NCBI GenBank assembly: GCA_047602405.1
Contig: JASGHJ010000002.1
Coordinates: 320,001-384,000 of the forward strand
DNA from: Anaeromyxobacteraceae bacterium
GTDB taxonomy: Bacteria > Myxococcota > Myxococcia > Myxococcales > Anaeromyxobacteraceae
Reading direction: 5' to 3'
Length of the DNA stretch: 64,000 nucleotides
Positions 12,258-22,078 of the stretch are shown in pieces. The notes below the pieces were generated by a model, which had not been told where the DNA came from, made no database searches, and saw nothing but the letters and a program-made list of their open reading frames with translations. Positions within the stretch are counted from its first letter, which is position 1. Every line of letters starts with the position of its first letter. The translations under genes were made by a program, and so were the position numbers.

Positions 12258-14021
12258 ATGAAATTCACCTGCGAACGCTGCAGCGCGCAGTACATGATCT
12301 CGGACGACAAGGTCGGGCCGGCCGGGGTCAAGGTCCGCTGCAAGAAGTGCGGGAACGTCATCCACGTGCGGCACGCCGAGGCCGGCGCCGCCGACGCGCC
12401 CGCGCCCGGCGCGAGCGGCGCGGCCGCGACGCCCGGCGCCGGGCTCGACGCCGAGCTCGGCCAGGCGTTCGACAGCGCCTTCGGCGGCGGCGGCGAGAAC
12501 CCCGACGCGACCCAGGCGATGACCTCCGCGGACGCGGCCAAGATCGCGACGGCCCCCGAGCCGCCGGCCGGCGAGTGGTACGTCGCCATCGGGCAGGCGC
12601 AGGTCGGCCCGCTGCCGCTCGCCGAGGTGAAGAAGAAGTGGGAGGGCGGGGAGATCACGCCCGACTCGCTCGCCTGGCGGCCGGGGATGGGCGACTGGAC
12701 CCCGATCTCGACCGTGCAGGACCTCTCGGCGTACCTCGCCACGGTCCCCCGCGCCGCGGTGCGCCCCTCGCGCCCGGCCATGGAGGCGGCCCGCGACTCC
12801 GTCCCGCGCTACTCCACCTCGACCGGGATGCCGGCGGTCTCCGCCGCGTCCGCCGGCACGCCCGCGAAGGGCACCCCCGCCGCGCCCGAGCCCGGCTGGA
12901 AGCCGGCCGGCGCGAGCGCGCTCGCGGCGCTCGCGAACGAGGAGATCGCCGCGCGCAACGCGCCGGAGCCGGCGCGGCCCGCGCCCGCCGCGAAGCCGGC
13001 CGGCGGCACGCTCGTCGACGCGATGAACCTGCCGGAGGGCGGGGTCGATCCGACCGGCGCCATCCCGCTCGCCATCAAGGGCATGGAGAAGACCGAGGAG
13101 CGGAAGGTCTCCTCGATCGCCCAGTCCGCCGCGAAGCAGCGCCGCTCGCGCGGCGTGCTCGTGGGCGTGGTGGTGACCCTGCTCGTCGTCGCGGGCGGCG
13201 TCGCCGCGGCGGTGTTCACGGGCCTGATCCACGTGCCCGGCGTGGACCTCGGCGAGAAGCCCGCGCAGGTCGCGGCCGCGCCGGCCCCCGCTGCGATCCC
13301 CACGCCGGCGGCCGCTCCGGCGCCGCCCCAGCCCGCGCCGACGGCCGTCGCCGCCGCGCCGGCCGCCACCACCCAGCCCACGCCGGCCGTCGCCGAGCCG
13401 ACGAAGGCCGACCCCCCGCCGCCCGCGCCGGTCGAGCCGCCGAAGGCCGCGCAGCCGGCCCCGAAGCCCCAGGTCGCGGCCGCCGAGCCGCCCGCGAAGC
13501 GCGGCCGCGACGCGGTCAGGAAGGGCGGCAAGACCACCATCGCCCGGTCGGAGCCCGCGCCCGCGCGCGAGGCCCCGGCCCCGGCGCCCGCGCCGGCGAA
13601 GAAGGGCGGCGGCGGCGTGCTCGACTTCGACGAGGGCGACGCGGCGCTGAAGGAGGCGCTCGGCGGCTCGGCGCAGCAGGGCAGCCGCTCCGTCTACGTC
13701 CCGCCCGCGCCCGGCGGCGCGGGCGGCGGCAGCCTGCCCGCCTCGGTGTCGACCTCGCAGATCCAGGAGGCCGTGGCGGGCCGGGTCGACTCGCTCCGGC
13801 GCTGCGTCTCGGAGCAGAAGGCGCGCGATCCGGACGCGTCCGGCACGCTCAAGATGGCGTGGACCATCGCGGGCGACGGGTCCCCGAAGGACGTGCGCTG
13901 CGTGACGCCCGAGTACGCGAGCGGCCAGTTCGCCGCCTGCATCGGCGGGGTCATCAAGAACATCCGGTTCCCGCGGTCGCAGACCTCGGGCCAGCCGGTC
14001 ACGTTCCCGTTCTCGTTCTGA
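12258..14021 (+). CDS. gltJ: GltJ/AgmX-like gliding motility protein (Zn-ribbon, GYF_2, TM helix, Pro/Ala linker, TonB-C-like C-terminal domain)
   Basis: N-terminal CERC…CKKC MJ0042-type zinc finger; GYF_2 motif WYVAIGQAQVGP…W…WRPGMGDW; one TM helix; C-terminal …FP…PVTFPFSF domain. Confidence 0.8.
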   Translation: MKFTCERCSAQYMISDDKVGPAGVKVRCKKCGNVIHVRHAEAGAADAPAPGASGAAATPGAGLDAELGQAFDSAFGGGGENPDATQAMTSADAAKIATAPEPPAGEWYVAIGQAQVGPLPLAEVKKKWEGGEITPDSLAWRPGMGDWTPISTVQDLSAYLATVPRAAVRPSRPAMEAARDSVPRYSTSTGMPAVSAASAGTPAKGTPAAPEPGWKPAGASALAALANEEIAARNAPEPARPAPAAKPAGGTLVDAMNLPEGGVDPTGAIPLAIKGMEKTEERKVSSIAQSAAKQRRSRGVLVGVVVTLLVVAGGVAAAVFTGLIHVPGVDLGEKPAQVAAAPAPAAIPTPAAAPAPPQPAPTAVAAAPAATTQPTPAVAEPTKADPPPPAPVEPPKAAQPAPKPQVAAAEPPAKRGRDAVRKGGKTTIARSEPAPAREAPAPAPAPAKKGGGGVLDFDEGDAALKEALGGSAQQGSRSVYVPPAPGGAGGGSLPASVSTSQIQEAVAGRVDSLRRCVSEQKARDPDASGTLKMAWTIAGDGSPKDVRCVTPEYASGQFAACIGGVIKNIRFPRSQTSGQPVTFPFSF

Positions 14022-14115
14022 GTTTCCGGGGCGCTCGTCCCTCGACCTTGGCCCGCCGCGCGGGCCCACGCTCGGGACGAACGGCCCGCCCCACCCCGGC
14101 AGCAAGGGAGCCGAG

Positions 14116-15232
14116 TTGGCCATCAGCCCGAGTCTGCCGCCCAGGGTGGCGTGGCGCACGCTCGCCGACATGGGGCCGGCGGAGCTCGAGATGCTGCGCC
14201 TGATCCTGCGCGGCGGCTCGGTGATCGACTGGCGCCGGCTCGACTTCAAGACGCCGCAGGAGGTGGACGCGTTCCTCGCGCTCAACCTCTTCGACCTCGA
14301 GGACCTGCGCGACGAGCGCCGGGTGCGGGCGATCCTGCTGCAGGCGGTGGAGTACCTGCGGGCGGCGTTCGGGTACCGGGTGGCGGAGCCGGTGGCGCGG
14401 CCGGAGGACCTGCGCGAGCTGTTCCTGCTCGCCTCGGGCGCGCTCGAGCCGAAGCGGTACCGCCGCATCGCGTGCGTCGTCTTGAAGGTGATGCACGTCA
14501 TCCACCACCTGGAGGCGCGCGAGCTGCTCTTCCGCACGCCCATCCGGGAGGCGGACCTCGCGGACCGGGTGCACCGGCGGGTGATGGGCGAGGCGGAGCG
14601 GATGCGGACGGCCGGGCTGCCGATCGTGGAGTTCGCCGGCAACCGCAAGCCCCGGCCCTCGCTCGTGACGAAGCTGCTCGCGAAGCGGGAGACCGTGGCG
14701 GCGCAGGTGTTCGACCGCGTGCGCTACCGGGTGGTGACGGAGCGGCCCGACCAGAATCGTCTCGGTGGTGTGGCACCTCACCCAGACGCTGTTCCCGTTC
14801 AACTTCGCGCTGCCCGGGCAGACGCAGAACAACCTCGTGCGCTTCTCGGAGCTGCTCGAGGCGCACCCGAAGGGCGCCGAGGTCGCCGAGCAGCTGCAGC
14901 TCCCGATCGAGCTCGAGGCGCGCGACCCCGCCGCGCCACGGAACGAGTTCTCGGGGCGCGGGTACCGGGTGCTGAACTTCGTCGTCGACCTGCCGGTGCG
15001 GATCGACGACCTCATCCCCCCGCTCGACCCCATGGCGGACGAGCTCGGGCGGGTGGTCTTCTCGCTCGTCGAGTTCCAAATCATGGACGCCGCGACGGCG
15101 AAGCAGAACGAGGAGGGGGACTCCTCGCACGAGCGGTACAAGCGCCGCCAGCTGCAGCGCGTGCTCCGCCGGCTGTCGCGCGGGCTCGTCGTGCCGAAGA
15201 AGGGCGCGAGGACGACCGGCGACGGGGAGTAG
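14116..15232 (+). CDS. TIGR04552-type protein with RelA/SpoT synthetase-like motifs (frameshift ~14755)
   Basis: Removing one A from cagaatc joins ORF 14116.. to ORF 14765..15232. Motifs: GNRK-x3-S-x3-K, D-x4-R, GYR, VEFQI, SHERYK. Confidence 0.7.
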
Positions 15233-15310
15233 GGAAACAGGAGCGGGAGCAGATGCGTGAGCAGGAGGAGCGGTAGGCGGAGCTGGAGCTGAAGCGGATG
15301 CGGAGGCGGT
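15232..15310. repeat. Degenerate purine-rich hexamer-like repeats between convergent genes
   Basis: caggagcgggagcagatgcgtgagcaggag…cggagctggagctgaagcggatgcggagg. Confidence 0.4.
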
Positions 15311-17039
15311 CACGCGGCGGCCTCCTGCGCGACGGGGGCGGTCGAGGGCGGGGCCGCGGGTTCGTCCCGGTCCTCCGGATCCAGCACGGCGAGCTCGAGG
15401 CCGTCGCGTTCGAAGAACTCCCAGACGAGGTCGCCGGGAGCCCGTCCGCTCACGCGGATGAAGCCCTGGTGGATTGCGATGAGGTGGTGGGCGGCGCAGA
15501 GGGCGACGAGGTTCCAGTGCTCCGAGCAGCCGCCGTGCGAGCGGAAGCGGATGTGGTGGAGGTGCTCGGCCGGGTGGGAGCAGCCGGGGACTCGGCAGCG
15601 GCAGCCGTCGCGCTTCATGACCGCGTCGGTCTTCTTCCAGAGGGCGGAGGCGAGGTCGATCCACGTCTTCGTGAAGTGGGCGCTCATCATGAAGAGTGCC
15701 TGGCCAGGGGTGAGGCCGGGCCCGGTGCGCAGGCGGGCGGCGGTGACGGCGTCGCGGAAGAGGGCGTCGACGTCCTCGGGGACGGAGAGCCTCACCTCTC
15801 CCGAGGACCACATCTGACGATCTCGCTCCTCGCGGGCTTTCCGCTTCGTGTCGAGCGCGGGCTTGGCGGCGGCGCTCTCGATGCGCGCCTTCACGTCGGT
15901 CGGCGTCGCGACCTCCGCCACGGCGCGGGCCTGCTCGTAGGAGAGCGTGCCGTCGCGGAGCGCGGCGCGAAGGTCGGGCAGTGCCTTCAGGTTCCGCTCG
16001 AGCGTCATCCGCTGCCGCGCCGTGGACGGTGCGATGCCGAGGGGCCTCGACGCAGAAGGCCTCGAAGCCGCCGACGGCGTGCCCCTGGACGACGAAGCCC
16101 TTCCATGCCCGGAAGAACTTCACGAGCACGAGCGCCCTGCCGAGCCGCTCGTCGTCGGAGAGCCGAACCCTCACGAGGCGCTCGAGCTCGCGGAGGAGCG
16201 CCCGGGGGCGGCGGGGCCGAGGCCAGGGAGGTGCGGCTGGAGGGGCAGGGCGCGCCACACCTGACGAACCCGCGCCGGCAGACGCGCCGACCTCGCGCGC
16301 CACGCCTGATGATCCCGCGCAGGCCTCGCCGCGCGCCACACCTGACGATCCGCCCTCCAGGTGCTCCGGCAGCGGAAACCCGCCGAGGAACTCCATCGAG
16401 AGCGCCTGGAGGATCCTCCAGTTCGGCGCATCGAGGTCGCCGAGCACGATGGAGGCGACGCCGAACGCGTCCTCCACGCCCTCGCGGTGGACCGGGTCGT
16501 CGTCGAGCTTCGCGGCGAGCTGCCGCCAGCCGAGTTCGTACGGGTCCCTTCCGGGCCTCGTGAGCTTCTCGAGCGCCCGCACCGTCCTGAGCCTCGCGAG
16601 CTCCAGCCAGCGCTGCTCCTCCGCTCCGAACGCGACCTCGACGATCGCGTCCACCTTCCGGAGCGAGAACTCCCCCGCGATCACGGCCGCCCTGAGGAGC
16701 GGGCGCACCGCAAGCTTCTCGGCCATCGCCGCGAGCCAACGTGCATGCTGCGGATCGATCCCCAGCCGATCGAGCGCGAGAATCGCCGATGCCGTTGTAG
16801 CCGAGCTTGAGGTCGTGCTGACGGAGCGCCGCGAGCCCCTCGCCCACCGCGAGGTCCTTCGCGCCTCCGCCCTTCGCGAGCTTCACCGTGAGAGAGCCGA
16901 GTCGATGCGCATCCGCCCCGGAGAGCGGGTGCAGCGCGGGCGCACCCTTCGCTGCCTCCATGCGCGCCTCGAGCCGCGTGAGGAGGGCGTCATCTCCTTC
17001 TGCCGCAACGCTTTCCGCGATCTGGAATCGGCGGGCCAT
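15310..17039 (-). CDS. HNH endonuclease with duplicated DUF222-like helical region (frameshifts ~16780 and ~16040)
   Basis: C-terminal RDGCRCRVPGC…HHIRFRSHGG…NLVALCAAHH HNH signature. Three ORF pieces (16005..17039, 14498..16726, 15310..16008) join after removing two single-base insertions. Confidence 0.75.
16250..16360 (-). repeat. Three imperfect intragenic repeats encoding GSSGVAR
   Basis: cgcgccacacctgacga / cgcgccacgcctgatga / cgcgccacacctgacga. Confidence 0.7.
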
Positions 17040-17070
17040 CTGAACGGAAGTCTAGTGCCAGGGTCTGACA
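17040..17070 (-). promoter_or_regulatory. Putative DNA-damage-responsive promoter (TGTCAG-N10-TAGACT) overlapping a LexA-box-like CTAGACTTCCGTTCAG
   Basis: The minus strand reads TGTCAGACCCTGGCACTAGACTTCCGTTCAG-ATG. Confidence 0.5.
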
Positions 17071-17300
17071 TTCCACGGTCCAGACGCGGCCCCGCTCGAG
17101 GCGGAGGCGCTCGCCGCGACGCTGCCGTCGGAGGAACTGGAGCAGAACCGCGGCCCGGCGCGTCCCGACGTGGGGCGCTGCGGGCGTCATCGCGCTCGCG
17201 CTCGCCGCGTTCCTGGCGCTCGCCCTCGCCTCGCGCCGAGCGCGCAGCCCTTCGCGCCGTGACCCGCAGGGCCGCGCCGCCGCGCCCTCACCCGGACCCC

Positions 17301-17744
17301 TCACCGCCCCACCGGCGCGCTCACCCGGAACACGTGGCCGTCCGGGTGCGCGAGCCGGAGCTCGCGGACGCCCCACGGCTCGTCGACCGGCGGCGCCATG
17401 ACCGCCGCGCCGACCGCGCGGGCCCGCGCGTAGGCCTCGTCGACCTCGCGGCACGAGCCCACCCAGAGCGTCATCCAGGTCGCCCCCGCGTCGTCGTCGC
17501 TGCCGGGCAGCGGCGGCTTGCCGCCCCGGAGCCCCTGGGCGTCCTTGCAGAGGAAGATCTCGATCTCCCCCGCGCCGACGCTCGCGAAGTGGGCCGGGCC
17601 GTGGGCGTCCCCGTCGGCCGATCCCGGGATCATCCCGCCCGCGTTGAACGTGAAGCAGCGCCGGAACCCGAGCGCCTCGAACCAGCGCAGGCTCGCGGGC
17701 ACGTCGGAGACGTTGAGGATGGGGGTGACGGCGGTGACGTTCAT
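17301..17744 (-). CDS. VOC/glyoxalase (bleomycin-resistance-like) protein
   Basis: Starts MNVTAVTPILNVSDV…; C-terminal PPVDEPWGVRELRLAHPDGHVFRV motif. Confidence 0.85.
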   Translation of the reverse strand: MNVTAVTPILNVSDVPASLRWFEALGFRRCFTFNAGGMIPGSADGDAHGPAHFASVGAGEIEIFLCKDAQGLRGGKPPLPGSDDDAGATWMTLWVGSCREVDEAYARARAVGAAVMAPPVDEPWGVRELRLAHPDGHVFRVSAPVGR

Positions 17745-17781
17745 CCCGCGGTGATAACCGGACGCCCGGCCGGGCGCCCGG

Positions 17782-19032
17782 TCAGACCACCCCCGCACGC
17801 CGCAGCGCGTCCTGCTCCGCCTCGGAGAGCCCGAGCTCCCGGAGGACCTCCGCCGTGTGCTGCCCCAGGGTCGGGGGCGCCCGCGGCGGCACCACCGGCG
17901 TGCCGGACAGCCGGATCGGCGAGGCCACGAGCGCCGCCCGGCCGGCGACCGGGTGCTCCACCTCGACCCGCATGCCGCGGTGCCGGACCTGGGGATCCGC
18001 GAACACCTGCCCGAGGTCGTTGATGGGCCCGCAGGGCACGCCGGCGGCCTCGAGGGGCTCGATCCAGGCGGCGCGGGGCCGCGCCGCGAGGGCCGGGGCG
18101 AGGAGCGCCACGAGCGCGTCCCGGTGCCGGACCCGGGCGGCGTTGGTCCGGAAGCGAGGGTCGTGCGCGAGCCCGGGCAGCCCGAGGACCTCGCACAGCC
18201 TCCCGAACTGCCCATCGTTGCCGACCGCGATGACGAGGTGCCCGTCGGCGGCGAGGAAGCTCTGGTACGGCACGATGCTCGGGTGCGCGTTGCCGAGCCG
18301 GCCGGGCGGCCTCCCGGTCGTGAGGTACGCCTGGGACTGGTTCGCGAGCATCGCGACCTGCACGTCGAGGAGCGAGAGGTCCACGTGCTGGCCCTGCCCG
18401 GTGCGATCGCGGTAAGCGAGCGCGGCGAGCACCGCGGTCGCGGCGTACATGCCGGTCATGACGTCCGTCACCGCGACGCCGACCTTCACCGGCCCGCCGC
18501 CGGGCTCGCCGTCCGGCGCGCCGGTGACGCTCATGAGCCCGCCCATGGCCTGGAGCAGGAGGTCGTAGCCGGCGCGGTGCCGGTACGGCCCGGTCTGGCC
18601 GAAGCCGGTGATGGAGCAGTAGACGAGGCCCGGGTGCTCCCGCGCCAGGGAAGGGTAGTCGAGGCCGTACCGCTCGAGGCCGCCCACCCGGTGGTTCTCG
18701 AGCAGCACGTCGGCGCGGGCCGCGAGGCGGCGCACGAGGGCCTGGCCCTCGGGGCGGGCGAGGTCGACGGTGATGGAGCGCTTCCCGCGGTTCGCGGAGA
18801 GGAAGTACGAGGACTCGGCGGTCTCGCGCCCGTCCGCGTCCGCGAGCCAGGGAGGGCCCCAGCCGCGCGTGTCGTCGCCCGCGCCGGGGCGCTCCACCTT
18901 CACGACGTCGGCGCCGAGGTCGGCGAGCACCTGGGAGGCCCACGGGCCCGCGAGCACGCGGGAGAGGTCGAGCACGCGCAGGTGGCCGAGCGGGCCCGGC
19001 CGGGAGGGTCGTTCCGCTGTGCGAAATGACAT
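17782..19032 (-). CDS. Family III (CaiB/BaiF) CoA-transferase, probably for glutarate
   Basis: Motifs LRVLDLSRVLAGP…LADLGADVVKVE, NRGKRS, GYD. Adjacent to glutaryl-CoA dehydrogenase. Confidence 0.9.
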   Translation of the reverse strand: MSFRTAERPSRPGPLGHLRVLDLSRVLAGPWASQVLADLGADVVKVERPGAGDDTRGWGPPWLADADGRETAESSYFLSANRGKRSITVDLARPEGQALVRRLAARADVLLENHRVGGLERYGLDYPSLAREHPGLVYCSITGFGQTGPYRHRAGYDLLLQAMGGLMSVTGAPDGEPGGGPVKVGVAVTDVMTGMYAATAVLAALAYRDRTGQGQHVDLSLLDVQVAMLANQSQAYLTTGRPPGRLGNAHPSIVPYQSFLAADGHLVIAVGNDGQFGRLCEVLGLPGLAHDPRFRTNAARVRHRDALVALLAPALAARPRAAWIEPLEAAGVPCGPINDLGQVFADPQVRHRGMRVEVEHPVAGRAALVASPIRLSGTPVVPPRAPPTLGQHTAEVLRELGLSEAEQDALRRAGVV

Positions 19033-19068
19033 TCCGAAATTCTAATCATCGTGGTTGACAGCGGAACG
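19010..19068. promoter_or_regulatory. Inverted repeat, putative IclR operator between divergent genes
   Basis: CGTTCCGCTGT (19010-19020) and ACAGCGGAACG (19058-19068) form a perfect 11-bp inverted pair around a minus-strand TAGAAT -10 box. Confidence 0.55.
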
Positions 19069-19108
19069 GGCCTCCGCCACCGTGCCTCGGGAGGATGGCC
19101 GCCCGCCG

Positions 19109-19888
19109 ATGACGCCGCCCGCCGCGCCGAAGGACCGCCGGTTCGTCACCGCGCTCGCGCGCGGGCTCGAGCTCCTGCGCGCGTTCGGCCCCGGCGACCG
19201 CTGGCTCGGGAACCGCGAGCTCGCGGCGCGCACCGGGCTCCCGAGGCCCACGGTCTCCCGGCTCACGCACACGCTCACCGCGCTCGGCTACCTCCGCCAC
19301 GCGCCCGAGCGCGAGCAGTACGCGCTCGGCCCGGCGGTGCTGTCGCTCGGCTACGCGATGCTCGGGCAGCTCGACGCCCGCCGCGTGGCGCGGCCGCTCA
19401 TGCAGGCGCTGGCGGAGCACGCGGGCGTCTCGGTGAACCTGGGCGTGCGCGACCGGCTCGGGATGGTCTACCTCGACACCTACCGCAGCGCCTCCACCTT
19501 CGCGCTGCAGCTCGAGGCGGGCGCGCGCATCCCGATCGCCTCGACGTCCATGGGGCGCGCGCTCGTCTGCGGCCTCCCGGACCCGGCGCGGCGGGCGCTC
19601 CTCGAGGAGCTCAGGGCGGACGCCGGCGCGGGGTGGCCCGCCGTGAAGAAGGCGCTCGACCGCGCGCAGCGCGACTTCAAGGCGCACGGGCTCTGCTTCT
19701 CGCTCGGCGACTGGCGCAAGGAGGTCCACGCCGTCGCCGCGCCGCTCGTGACCGGCGACGGGGAGGTGCTGGTGTTCAGCGCGAGCGGCGCCGCGTTCCA
19801 GACCGGCCGCGAGCGGCTCGAGCGCGAGCTCGGCCCCCGGCTCAAGAACCTCGTGGACAACGTCCGTTCCGCGCTGCGGCACGGCTGA
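19109..19888 (+). CDS. IclR family transcriptional regulator
   Basis: FVTALARGLELLRAF…LPRPTVSRLTHTL HTH plus IclR effector domain. The start could be 19055 or 19109. Confidence 0.9.
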   Translation: MTPPAAPKDRRFVTALARGLELLRAFGPGDRWLGNRELAARTGLPRPTVSRLTHTLTALGYLRHAPEREQYALGPAVLSLGYAMLGQLDARRVARPLMQALAEHAGVSVNLGVRDRLGMVYLDTYRSASTFALQLEAGARIPIASTSMGRALVCGLPDPARRALLEELRADAGAGWPAVKKALDRAQRDFKAHGLCFSLGDWRKEVHAVAAPLVTGDGEVLVFSASGAAFQTGRERLERELGPRLKNLVDNVRSALRHG

Positions 19889-19900
19889 GGAGAGAGGCAG

Positions 19901-21094
19901 ATGGCGACGTCGACCGAGCTCACCGACTACATGGGCTTCCAGGCGCTCCTCACCGAGGAGGAGCGGCTGGTCCGCAGGGAGGCGCGGGCCTTCGTGAACG
20001 CGGAGGTGCTCCCCGTCATCGAGGAGCACGCGCAGGCGGGCACGTTCCCGCGGCAGCTCGTGGCCGGCATGGCCGCGCGCGGCTTCCTCGGGCCGACGCT
20101 CCCGCAGGAGTACGGCTGCGCCGGGCTCGCGAACGTGGCCTACGGGCTCCTCATGTACGAGCTCGAGCGGGGCGACTCCGCCATCCGCAGCTTCGCCTCG
20201 GTGCAGGGCTCGCTCGTGATGTTCCCCATCCACGCGTACGGCTCCGAGGCGCAGAAGCGGCGCTGGCTGCCGAGGCTCGCGGCGGGCGAGGCGATCGGCT
20301 GCTTCGGCCTCACCGAGCCGGACTTCGGCTCGAACCCCGCGGGCATGAAGACGCGCGCGGTGCGCCAGGCGGGCGGCCCATCTGGAAGGGCACGGTGGCG
20401 GCTCGACGGCACGAAGATGTGGATCACGAACGGCACGATCGCCGACGTGGCGGTGGTCTGGGCGCGGACCGACGACGGCGTGCGCGGGTTCCTGGTCGAG
20501 AAGGGGACCCCGGGCTTCTCGGCGCCGGAGATGAAGGGGAAGTGGTCGCTCCGGGCCTCGGTGACCTCCGAGCTCGTGCTCGACGGCGTCGTGGTGGACG
20601 AGGAGCAGGGCCTGCTCCCGGGCGTGAAGGGCCTCAAGGGGCCGCTCTCGTGCCTCAACCAGGCCCGCTACGGGATCGCCTGGGGCGTGCTCGGCGCGGC
20701 CGACGCCTGCTACCAGTGCGCGCTCGACTACGCGCGGGAGCGCGTCCAGTTCGACAAGCCCATCGCGTCCTTCCAGCTCCAGCAGGAGAAGCTCGCGTGG
20801 ATGGTCACCGAGCTCACGAAGGGCCAGCTCCTCGCGCTCCAGCTCGGCCGGCTCAAGGACCAGCACCAGGTGACCCCGGCGCAGGTCTCGATGGCGAAGC
20901 TGAACAACGTGCACGCCGCGCGCGAAATCGCGAGCCGGGCGCGCACGGTGCTCGGCGCGAACGGGATCGTCGGCGAGTACCCGATCATGCGCCACATGGC
21001 GAACCTCGAGTCGGTCTACACGTACGAGGGCACCCACGACATGCACCTGCTCATCGTGGGCGAGGAGATCACCGGGATCCCGGCGTTCCGGTAG
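19901..21094 (+). CDS. gcdH: Glutaryl-CoA dehydrogenase (acyl-CoA dehydrogenase family)
   Basis: Motifs GCFGLTEPDFGSNP, KMWITNG, CLNQARYGIAWG, NLESVYTYEGT. Confidence 0.85.
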   Translation: MATSTELTDYMGFQALLTEEERLVRREARAFVNAEVLPVIEEHAQAGTFPRQLVAGMAARGFLGPTLPQEYGCAGLANVAYGLLMYELERGDSAIRSFASVQGSLVMFPIHAYGSEAQKRRWLPRLAAGEAIGCFGLTEPDFGSNPAGMKTRAVRQAGGPSGRARWRLDGTKMWITNGTIADVAVVWARTDDGVRGFLVEKGTPGFSAPEMKGKWSLRASVTSELVLDGVVVDEEQGLLPGVKGLKGPLSCLNQARYGIAWGVLGAADACYQCALDYARERVQFDKPIASFQLQQEKLAWMVTELTKGQLLALQLGRLKDQHQVTPAQVSMAKLNNVHAAREIASRARTVLGANGIVGEYPIMRHMANLESVYTYEGTHDMHLLIVGEEITGIPAFR

Positions 21095-21100
21095 CGGGGG

Positions 21101-22001
21101 TCACCCCGCCGCCGCCGCGAAGCTCACGAGGTCCTGGCCGTCGGTCCACTGCGCGTAGCCGAGCACCTTCGCGCCCAGGCCGGAGGCCCGCATCGCCGCG
21201 TAGATCGGCGCGACGCCGCACAGGCGCCGCCGCTCGTCCTGGCGCACCGCCTCCCGGAAGAACGCCTCGGGGTCGCCCCCCTCGAGGGCGGCGAGCGTGC
21301 GGCGGTCGAGCGCGGCGAGCTCCGTGCGCTCCACCGGGTCGAGCGGGCGGGCGTCGCCGTACATGGGCCCCGCGTGCGCGAGGTCGGCGCCGGCGACGTA
21401 GCAGACGTTCCGGCCGCGCAGCTCCCGGCCGAGGGCGTCCAGGAAGGCGAGGGTCGCGCGGGCGGGGTCCCTCAGCTGCGAGAATCGACGAGCAGAGCAC
21501 CGGGAGGACCCTGGCCGGGCGCCGGTTCGCGCGCAGCAGCGCGAGCAGCGGGAGCTCGATGGCGTGCTCCCCGGCGTGCACGTCCTCGTCGCCGAGCACC
21601 TCGTCCTCGCCGAGGCGCCTCACGAGCTCGTCCACGAGCGCGCGGTCGGTGGGGATGCAGCCGAGCGGGGTCGTGTAGTCGAGGCGGGTGAGCGTGAAGA
21701 GGTGGGGCGGGGTGACGTGGGCGGTGCCGAAGACGACGTAGAGCTCCGCGTCGGCGCCGGCGAGCGCGCGCGCGGCGGGCGCGTAGACCCGGGCGCCGCG
21801 GGTGAAGTCGACGTGCGGCACGACCACGAGCCGGGGCGGCTCGTCCGGCCACCGCGGGGCGGGCAGTTCGAGCCAGCGGTCGAGCGCCCGGGCGAGCGCG
21901 GCGGGGTCCTCCGGGTACACGCCGCCCGCGCACGAGGGTGGGCGGTGGGGCTGGGCGCGGTAGGCGGCGAGCGCGCGGCTCCGGGGTCCGGGCACGGGCA
22001 T
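21101..22001 (-). CDS. AmmeMemoRadiSam system protein B (MEMO1 family) (frameshift ~21483)
   Basis: Motifs AGGVYP, VPHVDF, EHAIELPL, ADLAHAG, LCG…PIY, VSFAA. The frame is restored by removing one A in agaatc. Confidence 0.8.
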
Positions 22002-22078
22002 GTCCGGGGATGTCGTAACGCGAGCCGGCCCGGACGCGCCGTCGCGCAAGCGTGGGAAGGCCGGAAGGGGCGGTTCGC

